64,000 bases of DNA from an uncultured Phycisphaerales bacterium. Lineage in GTDB: Bacteria; Planctomycetota; Phycisphaerae; Tepidisphaerales; Tepidisphaeraceae. The notes under the pieces are model-generated. The model saw nothing but the letters and a program-made list of their open reading frames with translations, had not been told where the DNA came from and did not search any database. The stretch lies in contig CAWJPJ010000004.1 in the NCBI GenBank assembly GCA_963844715.1, positions 96,001 through 160,000 on the forward strand. Reading direction: 5' to 3'. The number at the start of each line of letters is the position of its first letter. Position 1 is the stretch's first letter. Shown here piece by piece: positions 31,637-42,119 of the stretch. Position numbers and translations under genes: made by a program.

Positions 31637-32493
31637 ATAAACGAAGGCTGTTCATTCTTCTGGCTCTGGTGCTCGTGGGCGGGTGGGTTCTTTATTATTT
31701 TCTCACCCGGGAGCCGCGGCAGCTTACGCTTACGGGGATTGTTACGACCGACGAGGTGACGGTTAGTTCGCAAATCGAGGGTCGATTGCAGGACCTGGAC
31801 GTGCAGCAGGGGGATGTTGTTCCTGCCGGGCAATTGCTGGCTGTTATTCAACCTGAGGAGCAGCTTGCGGATGCCGCGTATTATGACAGAACGGCGGAGC
31901 AGATGGCGATGCAGGTGAAGCAAGCCGAGTCCGATTTGGAAAACGCCAGGCTGACTTACGAGAGAGATGAGCCGCTTTACAAGCAGCAAGCCATTTCCGA
32001 GCAGGAGTACACGAGCGCACGGACCAGTTACGAAGGGGCCCAGGCTCGGGTTGAGGCGCTGAGTAAACAAACGGAAGCGGCCCGGGCTCAGCACGAAAAG
32101 GCGATGGTGGAACTTGGGTATACGAAGATCGTTGCGCCGATTGCGGGGATTGTGGATACGCGGGTTGCGTTGCAGGGGGAAGTCGTAACGCCGGGGCAGC
32201 CGATCGTGACTTTGATTAATCCGGATGATCTTTGGGTTCGAGCGGATGTGGAGGAGACATACATCGATCGCATTCGGCTTGGCGAAGTGCTGGACGTGAC
32301 GCTCCCCTCCGGCGATGTCCTTCCGGGCAAGGTTTTTTATCGGGGGGTGGACGCGGATTACGCGACGCAGCGCGACGTGAGTCAGACCAAGCGGGACATC
32401 AAGACGTTTGAGATCCGGCTGCGGTGCGACAACAGCGATCGGCGGCTGGCGGTGGGGATGACGGCTTATGTGACTTTGCCGCTGGCGAATTAG
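31633..32493 (+). CDS. HlyD family efflux periplasmic adaptor subunit
   Basis: N-terminal TM, lipoyl-like half motifs, IVAPIAGIV, GEVVTPGQPIV. Confidence 0.9.
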   Translation: MNKRRLFILLALVLVGGWVLYYFLTREPRQLTLTGIVTTDEVTVSSQIEGRLQDLDVQQGDVVPAGQLLAVIQPEEQLADAAYYDRTAEQMAMQVKQAESDLENARLTYERDEPLYKQQAISEQEYTSARTSYEGAQARVEALSKQTEAARAQHEKAMVELGYTKIVAPIAGIVDTRVALQGEVVTPGQPIVTLINPDDLWVRADVEETYIDRIRLGEVLDVTLPSGDVLPGKVFYRGVDADYATQRDVSQTKRDIKTFEIRLRCDNSDRRLAVGMTAYVTLPLAN

Positions 32494-32499
32494 TGAATC

Positions 32500-33493
32500 A
32501 TGGAAGCCATTGAAGTCGACAAATTGACGAAATGCTTCGGCGATTTTACCGCCGTGGACCATATCGAGTTCACGGTGGCTCATGGGGAGGTTTTTGGGCT
32601 GCTTGGGCCCAACGGGGCGGGGAAATCGACGCTCATCCGCATGCTTACGACCTTGGTCCCGCCGACGTCGGGAACGGCGCGCGTGAACGGGTTTGACATC
32701 GTCCGACAGGCGAATGACGTGCGGCAATCGATCGGGGTTATTCCGCAGGCGATGACGTCCGATCTCGATCTCAGCGCCAGGAAAACATGAGCATCTTTGC
32801 AAAGCTTTATGGCATCTCGCGCGAAAAGCGATCGCGAACCATCGCTCAATTGCTTAAAGATGTCGATCTTGAGAAATGGGCGGACAAGCCGGTCAAGATG
32901 TTTTCGGGGGGAATGCGGCGGCGACTTGAGATCGCGGCGGGCTTGTTCACGAGCCGAAGCTATTTTTTCTTGACGAGCCGACGACCGGGCTTGATCCGGT
33001 GTCTCGCGTGGCGGTTTGGGAGATGCTTAGCCGACTGAAGAGCGAGCGCGATTTGACGATTCTTGTGACTACGCACTACATGGACGAAGCCGACAAGCTT
33101 TGCGATCGGATCGCGATCGTGGATCATGGAAAACTTGTCGCGCTGGACTCGCCGCTGAAATTGAAGGCGTCTATTCCCGGGCAGAATGTTCTGGAGGTTA
33201 GTTTTTCGGGCATTCCTGATAATTGGATGGAGATTTTGAAGGGTTTGCCGGACGTTGCGGGGGTGAAGGCGCAGGATCATGTGTATCGAATCTCGTCAGA
33301 TAACGGGCCGAAGACGACGATTGCGCTCTTCGAAGCGGCGCGACAACACAATGCGACGATTAACTCCCTGAATGTTCAAAGTACGACTCTCGACGACGTG
33401 TTTGTGCAATACACCGGGCATCAGTTGCGTGATGCGCTTCAGGCGCCGAATGCGGCGAATAGCCCGTTTTTGATGAATCGGCCTGGTGTGTAA
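32500..33493 (+). CDS. ABC-2 (DrrA-like) ATP-binding protein (frameshifts)
   Basis: [38 protein letters not shown]. Confidence 0.9.
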
Positions 33494-33506
33494 AGGAGAG
33501 TTTTGT

Positions 33507-34619
33507 ATGCATCGAGTTTGGGCCATCATCGAACGCGATCTGCGGCGGTTCCGGCGCAGTCCGGTGCTGGTCATCGTCTCGATTATCATGCCGCTGGTGC
33601 AACTGGTTATCCTAGGGTATGCGTTTGGGGGGAAGATTAAGAATTTGCACGTCGGGGTTCTGGATCAGGATCGTGGGGTGCCGGCTGTGAAGATCAAGGA
33701 GATGTGCCAGGCGATTGCGGCTAATGCGCAGACGTTTGATACGGTTCCCTACACGGATCAAACGACGATGCTCAGCGATCTTCGCGATGGAAAAATCAAC
33801 GGCGCGCTGACTATTCCGCCGGAGTTTTCGAGAAAGGTTCTGGCTGGGGAAAATCCGCGGATCGCGCTGGTTGAGGATAATACCGATCAGTTCTCGGCGT
33901 CCGCGCTCTCGGAAAGTCTGACTGGGTTGCTGGAGACTTACAACGGGCCGGCGGTTGCGCCGCGAGTTTCATCGGACGTCGATCTCTCGGTGGTGGAAAT
34001 CTATCCTTACGTTCCGTATATCCAGTTTCTCCTGCCGGGAACGATCGTGCTTTCGGTTTTCGTCTCGGCGATGATCGGCGGGGGAATCATCTTCATCGAC
34101 GATAAGGCCCGCGGACTGCATGAGGGGTATCTGGTTACGCCGATTCGCAAATTTGAGTTGATACTTGGGTTCACTTTGGCCGGGACGGCTAAGGGGATTA
34201 TCTCGGGACTGGTTTTGATCACCGTCGGGTCTCTGATCGCCGAAATCCCTGATCCGCTGAATGTTCTGCGCATGGCCAGGCTGCTCATTATGGTTGTATT
34301 CACTTCGATGGCTTTGATCAGCATGATGTTCCTGATCATGGTTCGCGTGAGCGATCCGCTGGTCCCGCGCGCGATTTTCGGGATGCTCAATACGGTTTTG
34401 TATTTTCCTAGCGGGGCGGTTTATCCCACGCAATCGTTTCCGGCTTGGATGAGGGCGATCACGGCGGTTGACCCGTTTACGTATGCGGTGAATGGGTTCA
34501 AGGAACTGATTTTGAAGAACACGGGGTTGATGGCGGTAAGCACGGATCTGGCGTTTTTGGGCGGGTTCACGGTGCTGGCGATGTTTGCGGCTACGGTGTT
34601 GTTTAAGCGGACGCTGTAG
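33507..34619 (+). CDS. ABC-2 type transporter permease
   Basis: TM pattern with FLLPG, YLVTPI, SGAVYP, DPFTYAV. Confidence 0.9.
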   Translation: MHRVWAIIERDLRRFRRSPVLVIVSIIMPLVQLVILGYAFGGKIKNLHVGVLDQDRGVPAVKIKEMCQAIAANAQTFDTVPYTDQTTMLSDLRDGKINGALTIPPEFSRKVLAGENPRIALVEDNTDQFSASALSESLTGLLETYNGPAVAPRVSSDVDLSVVEIYPYVPYIQFLLPGTIVLSVFVSAMIGGGIIFIDDKARGLHEGYLVTPIRKFELILGFTLAGTAKGIISGLVLITVGSLIAEIPDPLNVLRMARLLIMVVFTSMALISMMFLIMVRVSDPLVPRAIFGMLNTVLYFPSGAVYPTQSFPAWMRAITAVDPFTYAVNGFKELILKNTGLMAVSTDLAFLGGFTVLAMFAATVLFKRTL

Positions 34620-34665
34620 AACGAGCTCGGCTAGGCGGCTGCTGTTTCGGTGGTATAATCGTGCT

Positions 34666-34857
34666 ATGCTTCGACGTATTCCATTAATCTTCGCGCCGCA
34701 GCCGGAAGGGGGTTTCACTGTTACCTCTCCGATTCTGCCGGAGTTAGTGACGGAGGGCGACACGCTGGCTGAAGCGTATGAGAATGTCGCCGATGCGCTC
34801 GCTGCGGTATTCGAACTGTACGACGAACAAGGCCGGCCGCTTCCCCGCGGCATTTGA
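34666..34857 (+). CDS. HicB-family antitoxin, orphan
   Basis: EGGFTVTSPILPELVTEGDTLAEAYENVADAL; TATAAT 6 nt before ATG; no hicA adjacent. Confidence 0.85.
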   Translation: MLRRIPLIFAPQPEGGFTVTSPILPELVTEGDTLAEAYENVADALAAVFELYDEQGRPLPRGI

Positions 34858-34905
34858 TACGGCTTGAACAGATCCCCAAGACGAAAATCAAACAGGAGGT
34901 GTCCC

Positions 34906-35136
34906 ATGCGTCACGACGAGGAAAACTGCTTTTGAGTCGATGAGCAAGCGACGGCGAGGGTATCCGAGCGAAACCCACGTTAAGCGCGGCGTTCGCCTCA
35001 TCAAGGATAAGGAACTGATAGAGAAACTTGGGCGTAACGATCTATGCCCCTGCGGTTCGGGCAGCTGCTTTCAAAAAATGTTGCCTGCGAACAGGACGCT
35101 TTTGACGGCATAAACCGCCACTATTATTATCGATAA
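34906..35136 (+). CDS. Small SEC-C motif protein (frameshifts)
   Basis: AGGAGGT RBS; reading across shifts gives [17 protein letters not shown]...[18 protein letters not shown]. Confidence 0.75.
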
Positions 35137-35144
35137 GAGCAAGT

Positions 35145-35179
35145 CGGCCGGCGGGTGTTGATCCGCCGGCCGTTTTCTT
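35145..35179 (+). terminator. Intrinsic terminator
   Basis: CGGCCGGCGG...CCGCCGGCCG followed by TTTTCTT. Confidence 0.7.
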
Positions 35180-35288
35180 GATATCACCCCGATCGAGGAG
35201 CTATTATCGAACGCCAACCCCTTGCGGCTCGTAAGGATAGGAGCGCCAACGCCCTGTAAGACGCTGGAAAAATCTATAGTGACAGGGG

Positions 35289-35316
35289 TTGACGCGACGA
35301 TTTAGAGACGTATACT
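35289..35316 (+). promoter_or_regulatory. Putative rRNA promoter
   Basis: TTGACG-N16-TATACT followed by C-rich discriminator. Confidence 0.7.
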
Positions 35317-35589
35317 TCCCCACCCTTGGCCATGAGGCCTTTGGATGCGAAGGACCACGAGGTTATCACTAGAGGAAAGTAGGTTTGACACTTCCGTACG
35401 ATTTTCCGCCCGACTCCCGCGGTGACCCCTTCCAATAAGTTAGGTCGCTGCGACGATGCGGCGACGAATTTTCGAGCCTGATGCGGTATTGGCCGCAAGT
35501 GGCTTTTTGTCGAATTTGGGTCAGTCCATCCCGTTAAGTCGGGGTTGATTGACCCGCATTTGGCGGGAGGTTTCAAGTAATTGAAACCG

Positions 35590-35601
35590 GCTCTTTGAAA
35601 A
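35590..35601 (+). promoter_or_regulatory. boxA-like antitermination element in rRNA leader
   Basis: GCTCTTTGAAAA resembles rrn boxA. Confidence 0.65.
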
Positions 35602-37034
35602 GTGAATAATTGAGGTTCAAGGTTTATAGAAAATAGACCTCCGCGACTTCTGTCTTTATTAATTTTGGTTTTTCCGTCTCGGTTCGGATGCAAGTCCGGC
35701 CGAAGGCAGAAGTCGTCGAGCACCTTTTTTGGCGAAAGCGGGTCACAGGAATCTTTTTCCGACGCGCAGCATGAATAATGCGAGAACGGCGGTGATCGAT
35801 AAATGTGATCAAGCTATTAAGGGTGTATGGTGGATGCCTTGGCATCGAGAGGCGATGAAAGACGTGGCAGCCTGCGATAAGCTCCGGGGAGCTGGCAAAC
35901 AAGCGACAATCCGGAGATTTCTGAATGCGGAAACGCGGTCCCGAGTTAATCGGGGTCATCCGGCGCTGAATTCATAGGCGTTTGGAAGCAAACCCAGGGA
36001 ATTGAAACATCTTAGTACCTGGAGGAAAAGAAAGAGACATCTATTCCGTAAGTAGCGGCGAGCGAAAGCGGAACAGCCCAAACCGGGATTCGTCCCGGGG
36101 TTGCGGAAGCACTGAGGGGTTACAAAACCGTCGATAGCGGAACAGCCTGGAAAGACTGGCCATAGAGGGTGATAGCCCCGTATGCGACATCGACTGGTCC
36201 CCGTTAATATGTGCTCTCCAGAGTAGCATCGGACTCGTGGAATCCGGTGTGAAACCGCCCGGCCCACCGGGCAAGGCTAAATACTCCTCGATGACCGATA
36301 GTGAACAAGTAGGGCGATTGAACGGTGAAAAGCACAGCTATTAGCTGAGTCAAAAGTACCTGAAACCATACACTTACAAGCGGTCGGAGCACTATGGCCC
36401 GGAGCAATCCGGCAATGTGTGACGGCGTACCTTTTGCATAATGGACCGGCGAGTGCATGTTTGCGGCAAGGCTAAGGCGCGATCAGCGCTGGAGCCGTAG
36501 CGAAAGCGAGTCTTAAAGTGGCGATATAGTCGTAGGCATGCGGCCCGAAACCTAGTGATCTACCCGTGGTCAGCGTGAATGCCCCGTAAAAGGGGCAGGA
36601 GGCGCGAAGCCGTGAACGTTGAAAAGTTCTGGCATGAACTGCGGGGAGGAGTGAAAGTCTAATCAAACTGGGAGATATCTGGTTCTCTTCGAAATGCCTT
36701 TAGGGGCAGCCTGGAACAACTACCCTTGGGGGGTAGAGCTACTGAAAGGAGACGTGGGGCTACCCGCCTGCACGCTCCTACCAAACTCCGAATACCCAAG
36801 GGACTACTTCCGGAGTGAGTCCGCGAGGGATAATCTTCGCGGTCAAGAGGGAAACAACCCAGACCGTCTGCTAAGGTCCCCAAATCCAGCTTAGTTCGTT
36901 AGGAAGTTATTGTGCTGAGACAGCCAGGATGTTGGCTTAGAAGCAGCCACCATTTAAAAAGTGCGTAATAGCTTACTGGTCGAGCACAGTAGCGCCGTAA
37001 ATGATCGGGAATAAGCAGGATACCGAAGCAGCGG

Positions 37035-37473
37035 GTTCTAGAGACTAGAACCTTGATACTAGAAACTAGAGAGAACTCCATGCTCTTTGGCAAGCTCATC
37101 GTTTTTCAGAAAGCGTATGACTTGTCGCTCTCGATCCACAAACGATCGATTGGCTTTCCCAAATTCGAGCAGATGGAATTGGCGTCGCAAATACGGCGCA
37201 CCAGCAAATCCATCTGTGCGAATCTTGGCGAGGGAATGGGCAAGCAAACATCCTCGAAGGATGTTGTTCGCTTTTCTGCGCATAGCCATCGGCTCATGCG
37301 ACGAAACACGAATCTGGCTGAAATACTCGTACGACCTCGGCTACCTAGATGCCGGGGAATACGAGCAATTTGATGCCGGATACGTGGAAGTGGGCAAAAT
37401 GCTGACTGGCTTAATCAAAAGATGGTCGGTCGAATCCTCTAGCCCCTAGTGTCTAGGTTCTAGTCTCTGGAAC
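37035..37473 (+). mobile_element. 23S rRNA intervening sequence at helix 45
   Basis: Lies between ACCGAAGCAGCGG and GGTAGAAGAGCGTT; 28-bp terminal stem 37035-37062/37446-37473. Confidence 0.92.
37080..37449 (+). CDS. Four-helix-bundle protein (23S rRNA intervening-sequence protein family); one extra T in run 37272-37275
   Basis: Joined: MLFGKLIVFQKAYDLSLSIHK..FPKFEQMELASQIRRTSKSICANLGEG..RFLRIAIGSCDETRIWL..DLGYL..EVGKMLTGLIK. Confidence 0.93.
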
Positions 37474-37495
37474 GGTAGAAGAGCGTTGCACGCCG

Positions 37496-37526
<31 letters not shown>

Positions 37527-38117
37527 CGCGTGCAAGCGAGAATGCCGGTATGAGTAACGATAATGCAGGTGAAAATCCTGCACGCCGAAAGCCTAAGGTT
37601 TCCTGGGGAAGGTAAATCCGCCCAGGGTTAGTCGGAAGCTAAGACGAGGCCGAAAGGCGTAGCCGATGCACAGCAGGTTAATATTCCTGCACCGTCTATA
37701 ACGGTTGAACCCGCGTATGTGTTTTTTCAAGGCAGATCCTCCGATCAGACGTGGAGGTTTCTGAGCAATCGGATCGAGGCCGCTTTGTTGCCGAAGTCTG
37801 TGGAGAAAGAACCGAGAAAAGTGCGCGGGGGACAATATAGGCGCCCGTACTAAAACTGACACAGGTAGGCGAGGAGAGTATCCTCAGGCGCTCGAGAGAA
37901 CTGCGGTTAAGGAACTAGGCAATCTAACCACGTAACTTCGGGAGAAGTGGTCCCTACCCAGCAATGGGAGGGCGCAGGAATCGGACTGGGCGACTGTTTA
38001 TCAAAAACACAGTTCCGTGCTAACTCGCAAGAGGATGTATACGGAATGACGCCTGCTCGGTGCCGGAATGTTAAGGGAGCTGGTCAGGGATTCGTCCCAA
38101 AGCTGGCAACCGAAGCA

Positions 38118-38161
<44 letters not shown>

Positions 38162-39140
38162 GTTCCTTGTCGGGTAAGTTCCGACGTGCATGAACGGCGT
38201 AACGACTTGGTCGCTGTCTCGACCGCAGACTCGGTGAAATTGAAGTGGCGGTGAAGATACCGTCTACCCGCAGCAAGACGGAAAGACCCCGTGGACCTTT
38301 ACTGCAACCTGGTACTGATGCCGGGTGTGGACTGCGTAGGATAGGTGGGAGGCGTTGATCCCTCGGTTCTGGCCGAGGGGGAGCCAACGGTGAAATACCA
38401 CCCTGTTTGCATTCGTCATCTCACCCTGACCCCTGAATCGGGGCAGGGAACCGTGCTAGGCGGGCAGTTTGACTGGGGCGGTCTCCTCCAAAAGAGTAAC
38501 GGAGGAGTGCAAAGGCAGGCTCAGGCCGGTTGGCAATCGGTCGTCGAGCGTAAAGGTAGAAGCCTGCTTGACTGCGAGTGCTACAGCACGAGCAGAGCTG
38601 AAAGGCGGCCTTAGTGATCCTGTGGTTGCGTGTGGAAGCGCCATAGCTCAACGGATAAAAGGTACCCCGGGGATAACAGGCTGATCGCCTCCGAGCGTCC
38701 ATAGCGGCGAGGCGGTTTGGCACCTCGATGTCGGCCCATCGCATCCTGGGGCTGAAGGCGGTCCCAAGGGTTTGGCTGTTCGCCAATTAAAGCGGTACGC
38801 GAGCTGGGTTCAGACCGATGTGAGTCAGGTCGGTCCCTATCTGCTGTGGGCGTAGGAACCTTGACGGCACCTCTTCCATAGTACGAGAGGATTTGGAAGG
38901 ACGGACCCCTGGTGTACCAGTTGTCGCGCTAGCGGCATCGCTGGGTAGCTATGTCCGGAACGAATAAACGCTGAAAGCATCTAAGCGTGAAGTCTATGCC
39001 AAGACGAGGGTTCCATGGGAGCTTGCTCCCGAGAGACCCCGAGTAGACCACTCGGTTGATAGGCCGGAGCTGTACGGATCGTAAGGTCTTTAGGTTACCG
39101 GTACTAACGGTCGATTGCTTGGTCACTTTTATCGATCATT

Positions 39141-39184
39141 CTAGAAGCTAGAGTCTAGGAGACTAGAAGCTAGAGTTTAGAAGC
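39141..39184. repeat. Tandem CTAG-core heptamer array in the 23S-5S spacer
   Basis: CTAGAAG CTAGAGT CTAGGAGA CTAGAAG CTAGAGT TTAGAAG. Confidence 0.85.
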
Positions 39185-39297
39185 GATTTAGTGGCCTGCA
39201 TTTTCCCAAGAAAGTTTGTTCGACGTAAGCGGAAGAACCTCAAACATATTCACTTGAAATTTGTCCCCGCCGGCGCTTGACGGCGCCGGCGGGGCTT

Positions 39298-39406
39298 CGT
39301 TGGTGGCTTTACCGGTAGGGTCACACCCGTTCCCATTCCGAACACGGTCGTTAAGCCTGCCGGGCCGATGATACTGCTTCAGCGGGAAAGTAGGTCACTG
39401 CCAGCG
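39298..39406 (+). rRNA. rrf: 5S rRNA
   Basis: CACCCGTTCCCATTCCGAACACGGTCGTTAAG, GGGAAAGTAGGTC, terminal stem CGTTGGTGG/CTGCCAGCG. Confidence 0.95.
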
Positions 39407-39415
39407 TTTATATTC

Positions 39416-39454
39416 AACCCCCGGTCCTTCGCTGGATCGGGGGTTGCTTTTTTT
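39416..39454 (+). terminator. rRNA operon terminator
   Basis: AACCCCCGGTCC-TTCGCT-GGATCGGGGGTT followed by a T run. Confidence 0.85.
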
Positions 39455-39494
39455 GTCGATGGATTCTGCACTGTTACCGTGCAGGGGTGATCTG

Positions 39495-39734
39495 ATGGGC
39501 CAGCTGAATATCCGTTTAACTCCCGACTTCGATAGAAAGCTGGCCCGGCTCATGGAACTGCGCGGGATTTCGACCAAGACAGAGGCGGTTCGCGCCGCGG
39601 TGAGCGAAGCCGTGGAGCGCGCGGAGCACCGCCCGACGACGAGTTGGGAGAAGTTGCGTGGGGCGGCGAATAAGTATGAGCAAAGGCCGCGCGAGCAATG
39701 GCTGACGGAAGACGATCTTTGGGGGGATAGATAG
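39495..39734 (+). CDS. Ribbon-helix-helix (VapB-like) antitoxin
   Basis: MGQLNIRLTPDFDRKLARLMELRGISTKTEAVRAAVSEAV, RHH-like N-terminus. Confidence 0.7.
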   Translation: MGQLNIRLTPDFDRKLARLMELRGISTKTEAVRAAVSEAVERAEHRPTTSWEKLRGAANKYEQRPREQWLTEDDLWGDR

Positions 39735-39767
39735 TGGGGTGGTATGCGGGGTGTGGGGGGCGAGGCT

Positions 39768-39791
39768 CGCGGTGCTGCGCACCGCCGCTAA
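39768..39791. repeat. REP-like element family A with upstream G-tracts
   Basis: CGCGGTGCTGCGCACCGCCGCTAA. Confidence 0.9.
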
Positions 39792-39800
39792 TTAGTTGGG

Positions 39801-39935
39801 CGATGGAAATTGACCCAGGACCTGTCGATCATGGTTGTTTGCGCCGCCGAGTCTCGGAGAGAATTCCCCATGATCACATTGGATCAGGACTTCCGCCGTT
39901 GCGACCGCCCGTTATTGATCCCGTCGGGCCGGTGA
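39801..39935 (+). pseudogene. C-terminal remnant of a PIN/VapC toxin
   Basis: RWKLTQD..MVVCAAESRREFPMITLDQDFRR resembles the PIN C-terminal D..I.A.A....LIT.D.DF pattern; N-terminus absent. Confidence 0.55.
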
Positions 39936-39971
39936 GGAAATATCTCGCGCATTGGCCGTATCTGATCTGAC

Positions 39972-40085
39972 TCCAAACGCAGTCGTTAAGCCTGCGGGGC
40001 CGATGATGCTGCTTCAGCGGGAAAGTAGGTTACTGCCAGCGTTGAACTGACCCGCGGTCCCAAAAGGATCGGGGTTCTTTGTTTT
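39972..40085 (+). pseudogene. 5'-truncated second copy of 5S rRNA plus terminator-like hairpin
   Basis: 39982-40043 matches 39347-39408 at 59/62 nt, followed by ACCCGCGGTCC-CAAAA-GGATCGGGGT TCTTTGTTTT. Confidence 0.88.
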
Positions 40086-40100
40086 CCACGGCGGGCTTCT

Positions 40101-41226
40101 TCAGTTGGCTCGAGTGGTCGAGAAATGCCGAGGATGCGGCGTGAGCGACGCCCAAAACGTCTCGCCAACCAGGGCCTTAATGGCGGCGACGCGTTTCAGC
40201 CGGGCAGACTTTGCAGTTTCCACGGGAATCTTGGTGGCGTCGATGATTTCCAGAACCAGCGCTCGCTCCTCGGACCATACGGCCGGATCGTCGAGCGGCT
40301 TACCAACAGCATGGTTGGCCAGTCTCGCGAAGTGCGCATCCACTTTTTGACGAGCGGCTTCCTCGATCGGCAGTTCCATCGGCTCCAGTAATTGACCGAG
40401 CTGCGCGCGCTGGGCGTCGTTCAGATCCGGCCATCCGGGAATTTTCCGACCTTGCGACTTTTCGGTCCAGATATGCTGCAGAGCCCAAAAGGCCCGTGCA
40501 TCGGAATCCGCTGGATCCATTGGCCGTAAATACAAGTTGAGTTTGATTTCGAACTCCCCGGATTTCTGCCTTTCACCGGACACCTGCGCAGCTGCCGGCG
40601 GTCACCAGCCAGTTGCCGGCGCCGACTCGCTGCACAACGCCCAGCAAATGTGCCTTCAGCCATTCCGAATCATGCCACGGGACGTTCGGCGCCGGGGCGG
40701 CGTTTGACGCGTCGGGCTTTTCGACGAGCGACCAGTGGATTGACCGTCCCTTGGCGTCTTTGATCCGCGTGACACGAATCGCCGTCGCTCTGCGACCGAT
40801 TCCCCACCAGTTACGCGGCGGCGGCGCGGGATCGTAATAAGCCAAGTACAGCGGCTTATCGCCGTTGGTGGCCGCCGCCTGAAATCCAAACCCGCCGACC
40901 CAACCTTTCACTCGAATCAGCCCACAGGATGTCAGCCCCGAGGGACTGAGAAGCCGACCCTCCTCATCTGTCAACACGGGCGTATCGCTCTCAAAGGGCT
41001 CGTCGTATTCCGCCTCATCCGTGATGAAGCGAGTGACGTAAGGCGTGTCCGGCGCGTCGACGATCCTTAGTGCCGCGGCGCGGTAAGCTGTTTGCCCGTC
41101 ATAGACGTCCACCACGGAGACATACCCGGTCCATTTCCCGTCCATTTTCTGCGGCATGGTCGCGCAACCGGCGACCGTCGCCAGAAATAGAAAGGCAAGC
41201 CCACATCCCGCCCGAGACCAGCTCAC
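40101..41226 (-). CDS. Hypothetical lipoprotein (one frameshifted gene or two overlapping ORFs, 40573-41226 and 40101-40583)
   Basis: Lipobox LATVAGC; no recognised domain. Confidence 0.55.
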
Positions 41227-41349
41227 GCGACGTCCCCTCTCCGATCACCCGATCACCGGCAACCGCTTACGACACATGACCATACCATTCCTCTCGGGCT
41301 CGGACTACCTTTTTTCGCCTTTCCCCCAAACTTGAGATAAACTATCCCC

Positions 41350-41785
41350 ATGCCGCCCTTTGACCGAATCACCTTCGACCCGCAAATCCTGGGCGGCCGC
41401 GCCTGCGTCCGCGGAATGAGGATCCCAGTCTCAGTCATCGTCAAACAAATTGCTCAAAATGTTTCGCGCGCAACTGCTTCAGGAATATCCCGACCTTGAA
41501 CCCCAGGATATTCAGCAAGCGCTCGAATCTTTCAAAAAGCCATTGCCGAAAAGCCGCGTTCTGTTGACCTTCGACCTGGACTTCGGCGAAATCCTCGCAC
41601 TGTCCGGCACAAAATCGGTAAGCGTTTTGCCATTTCGCATCGCAGATGCCACGAGTTCCAATCTGATTCAGCGGCTGGAGAAGGTTCTCCCCGACGTCGC
41701 GGAATCACTCGAGTCGGGTGCAATAGTCGTAGTCGAAGATACTCGGCACCGCGTTAGACACCTTCCTCTGCCCGGCCGTGGCTAG
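41350..41785 (+). pseudogene. DUF433 antitoxin fused by deletion to the C-terminal half of a DUF5615 (PIN-like) toxin
   Basis: MPPFDRITFDPQILGGRACVRGMRIPV..EYPDLEPQDIQQALE joined directly to ..RVLLTFDLDFGEILALSG..GAIVVVEDTRHRVRHLP. Confidence 0.8.
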
Positions 41786-41950
41786 AGCGGTTTGCGGCTC
41801 CACGTAGCGGCCATTTGTCCACGGCTGCAACGGATGCCGCGTCTTCGCGGCTCAACGTATCTGATTTTCTGATACGCTTCGCCGCTCATCCTTGCCTCCG
41901 TTGCAGCCGAGGCCAACTGGCTCGCTACGTGGAGCCGCAAACCGCTCTAG
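41782..41950. mobile_element. MITE-like element with perfect 28-bp terminal inverted repeats
   Basis: CTAGAGCGGTTTGCGGCTCCACGTAGCG (41782-41809) and its exact reverse complement (41923-41950); inner IR CGGCTGCAACGGA/TCCGTTGCAGCCG. Confidence 0.85.
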
Positions 41951-42119
41951 CGGCCAGTCCAACTTCGCTCCGTCCCATAACCCGCCCCCGTTTTTCACCC
42001 ATAAATCACCCCATTCCTCCATCTGCCGCGAAATCAGTAATTTATTGCCCACCCATGATTTTCGTTTACAATGCTCGGCGTGGTGGGTTCCGGTATGTCT
42101 CGCATCAAGGGATTTCAAT

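Noticed and set aside
37080..37449. Diversity-generating retroelement or group I/II intron
   Set aside because: No reverse transcriptase, template/variable repeat pair, homing endonuclease or intron core is visible; the insert is a simple stem plus ORF.
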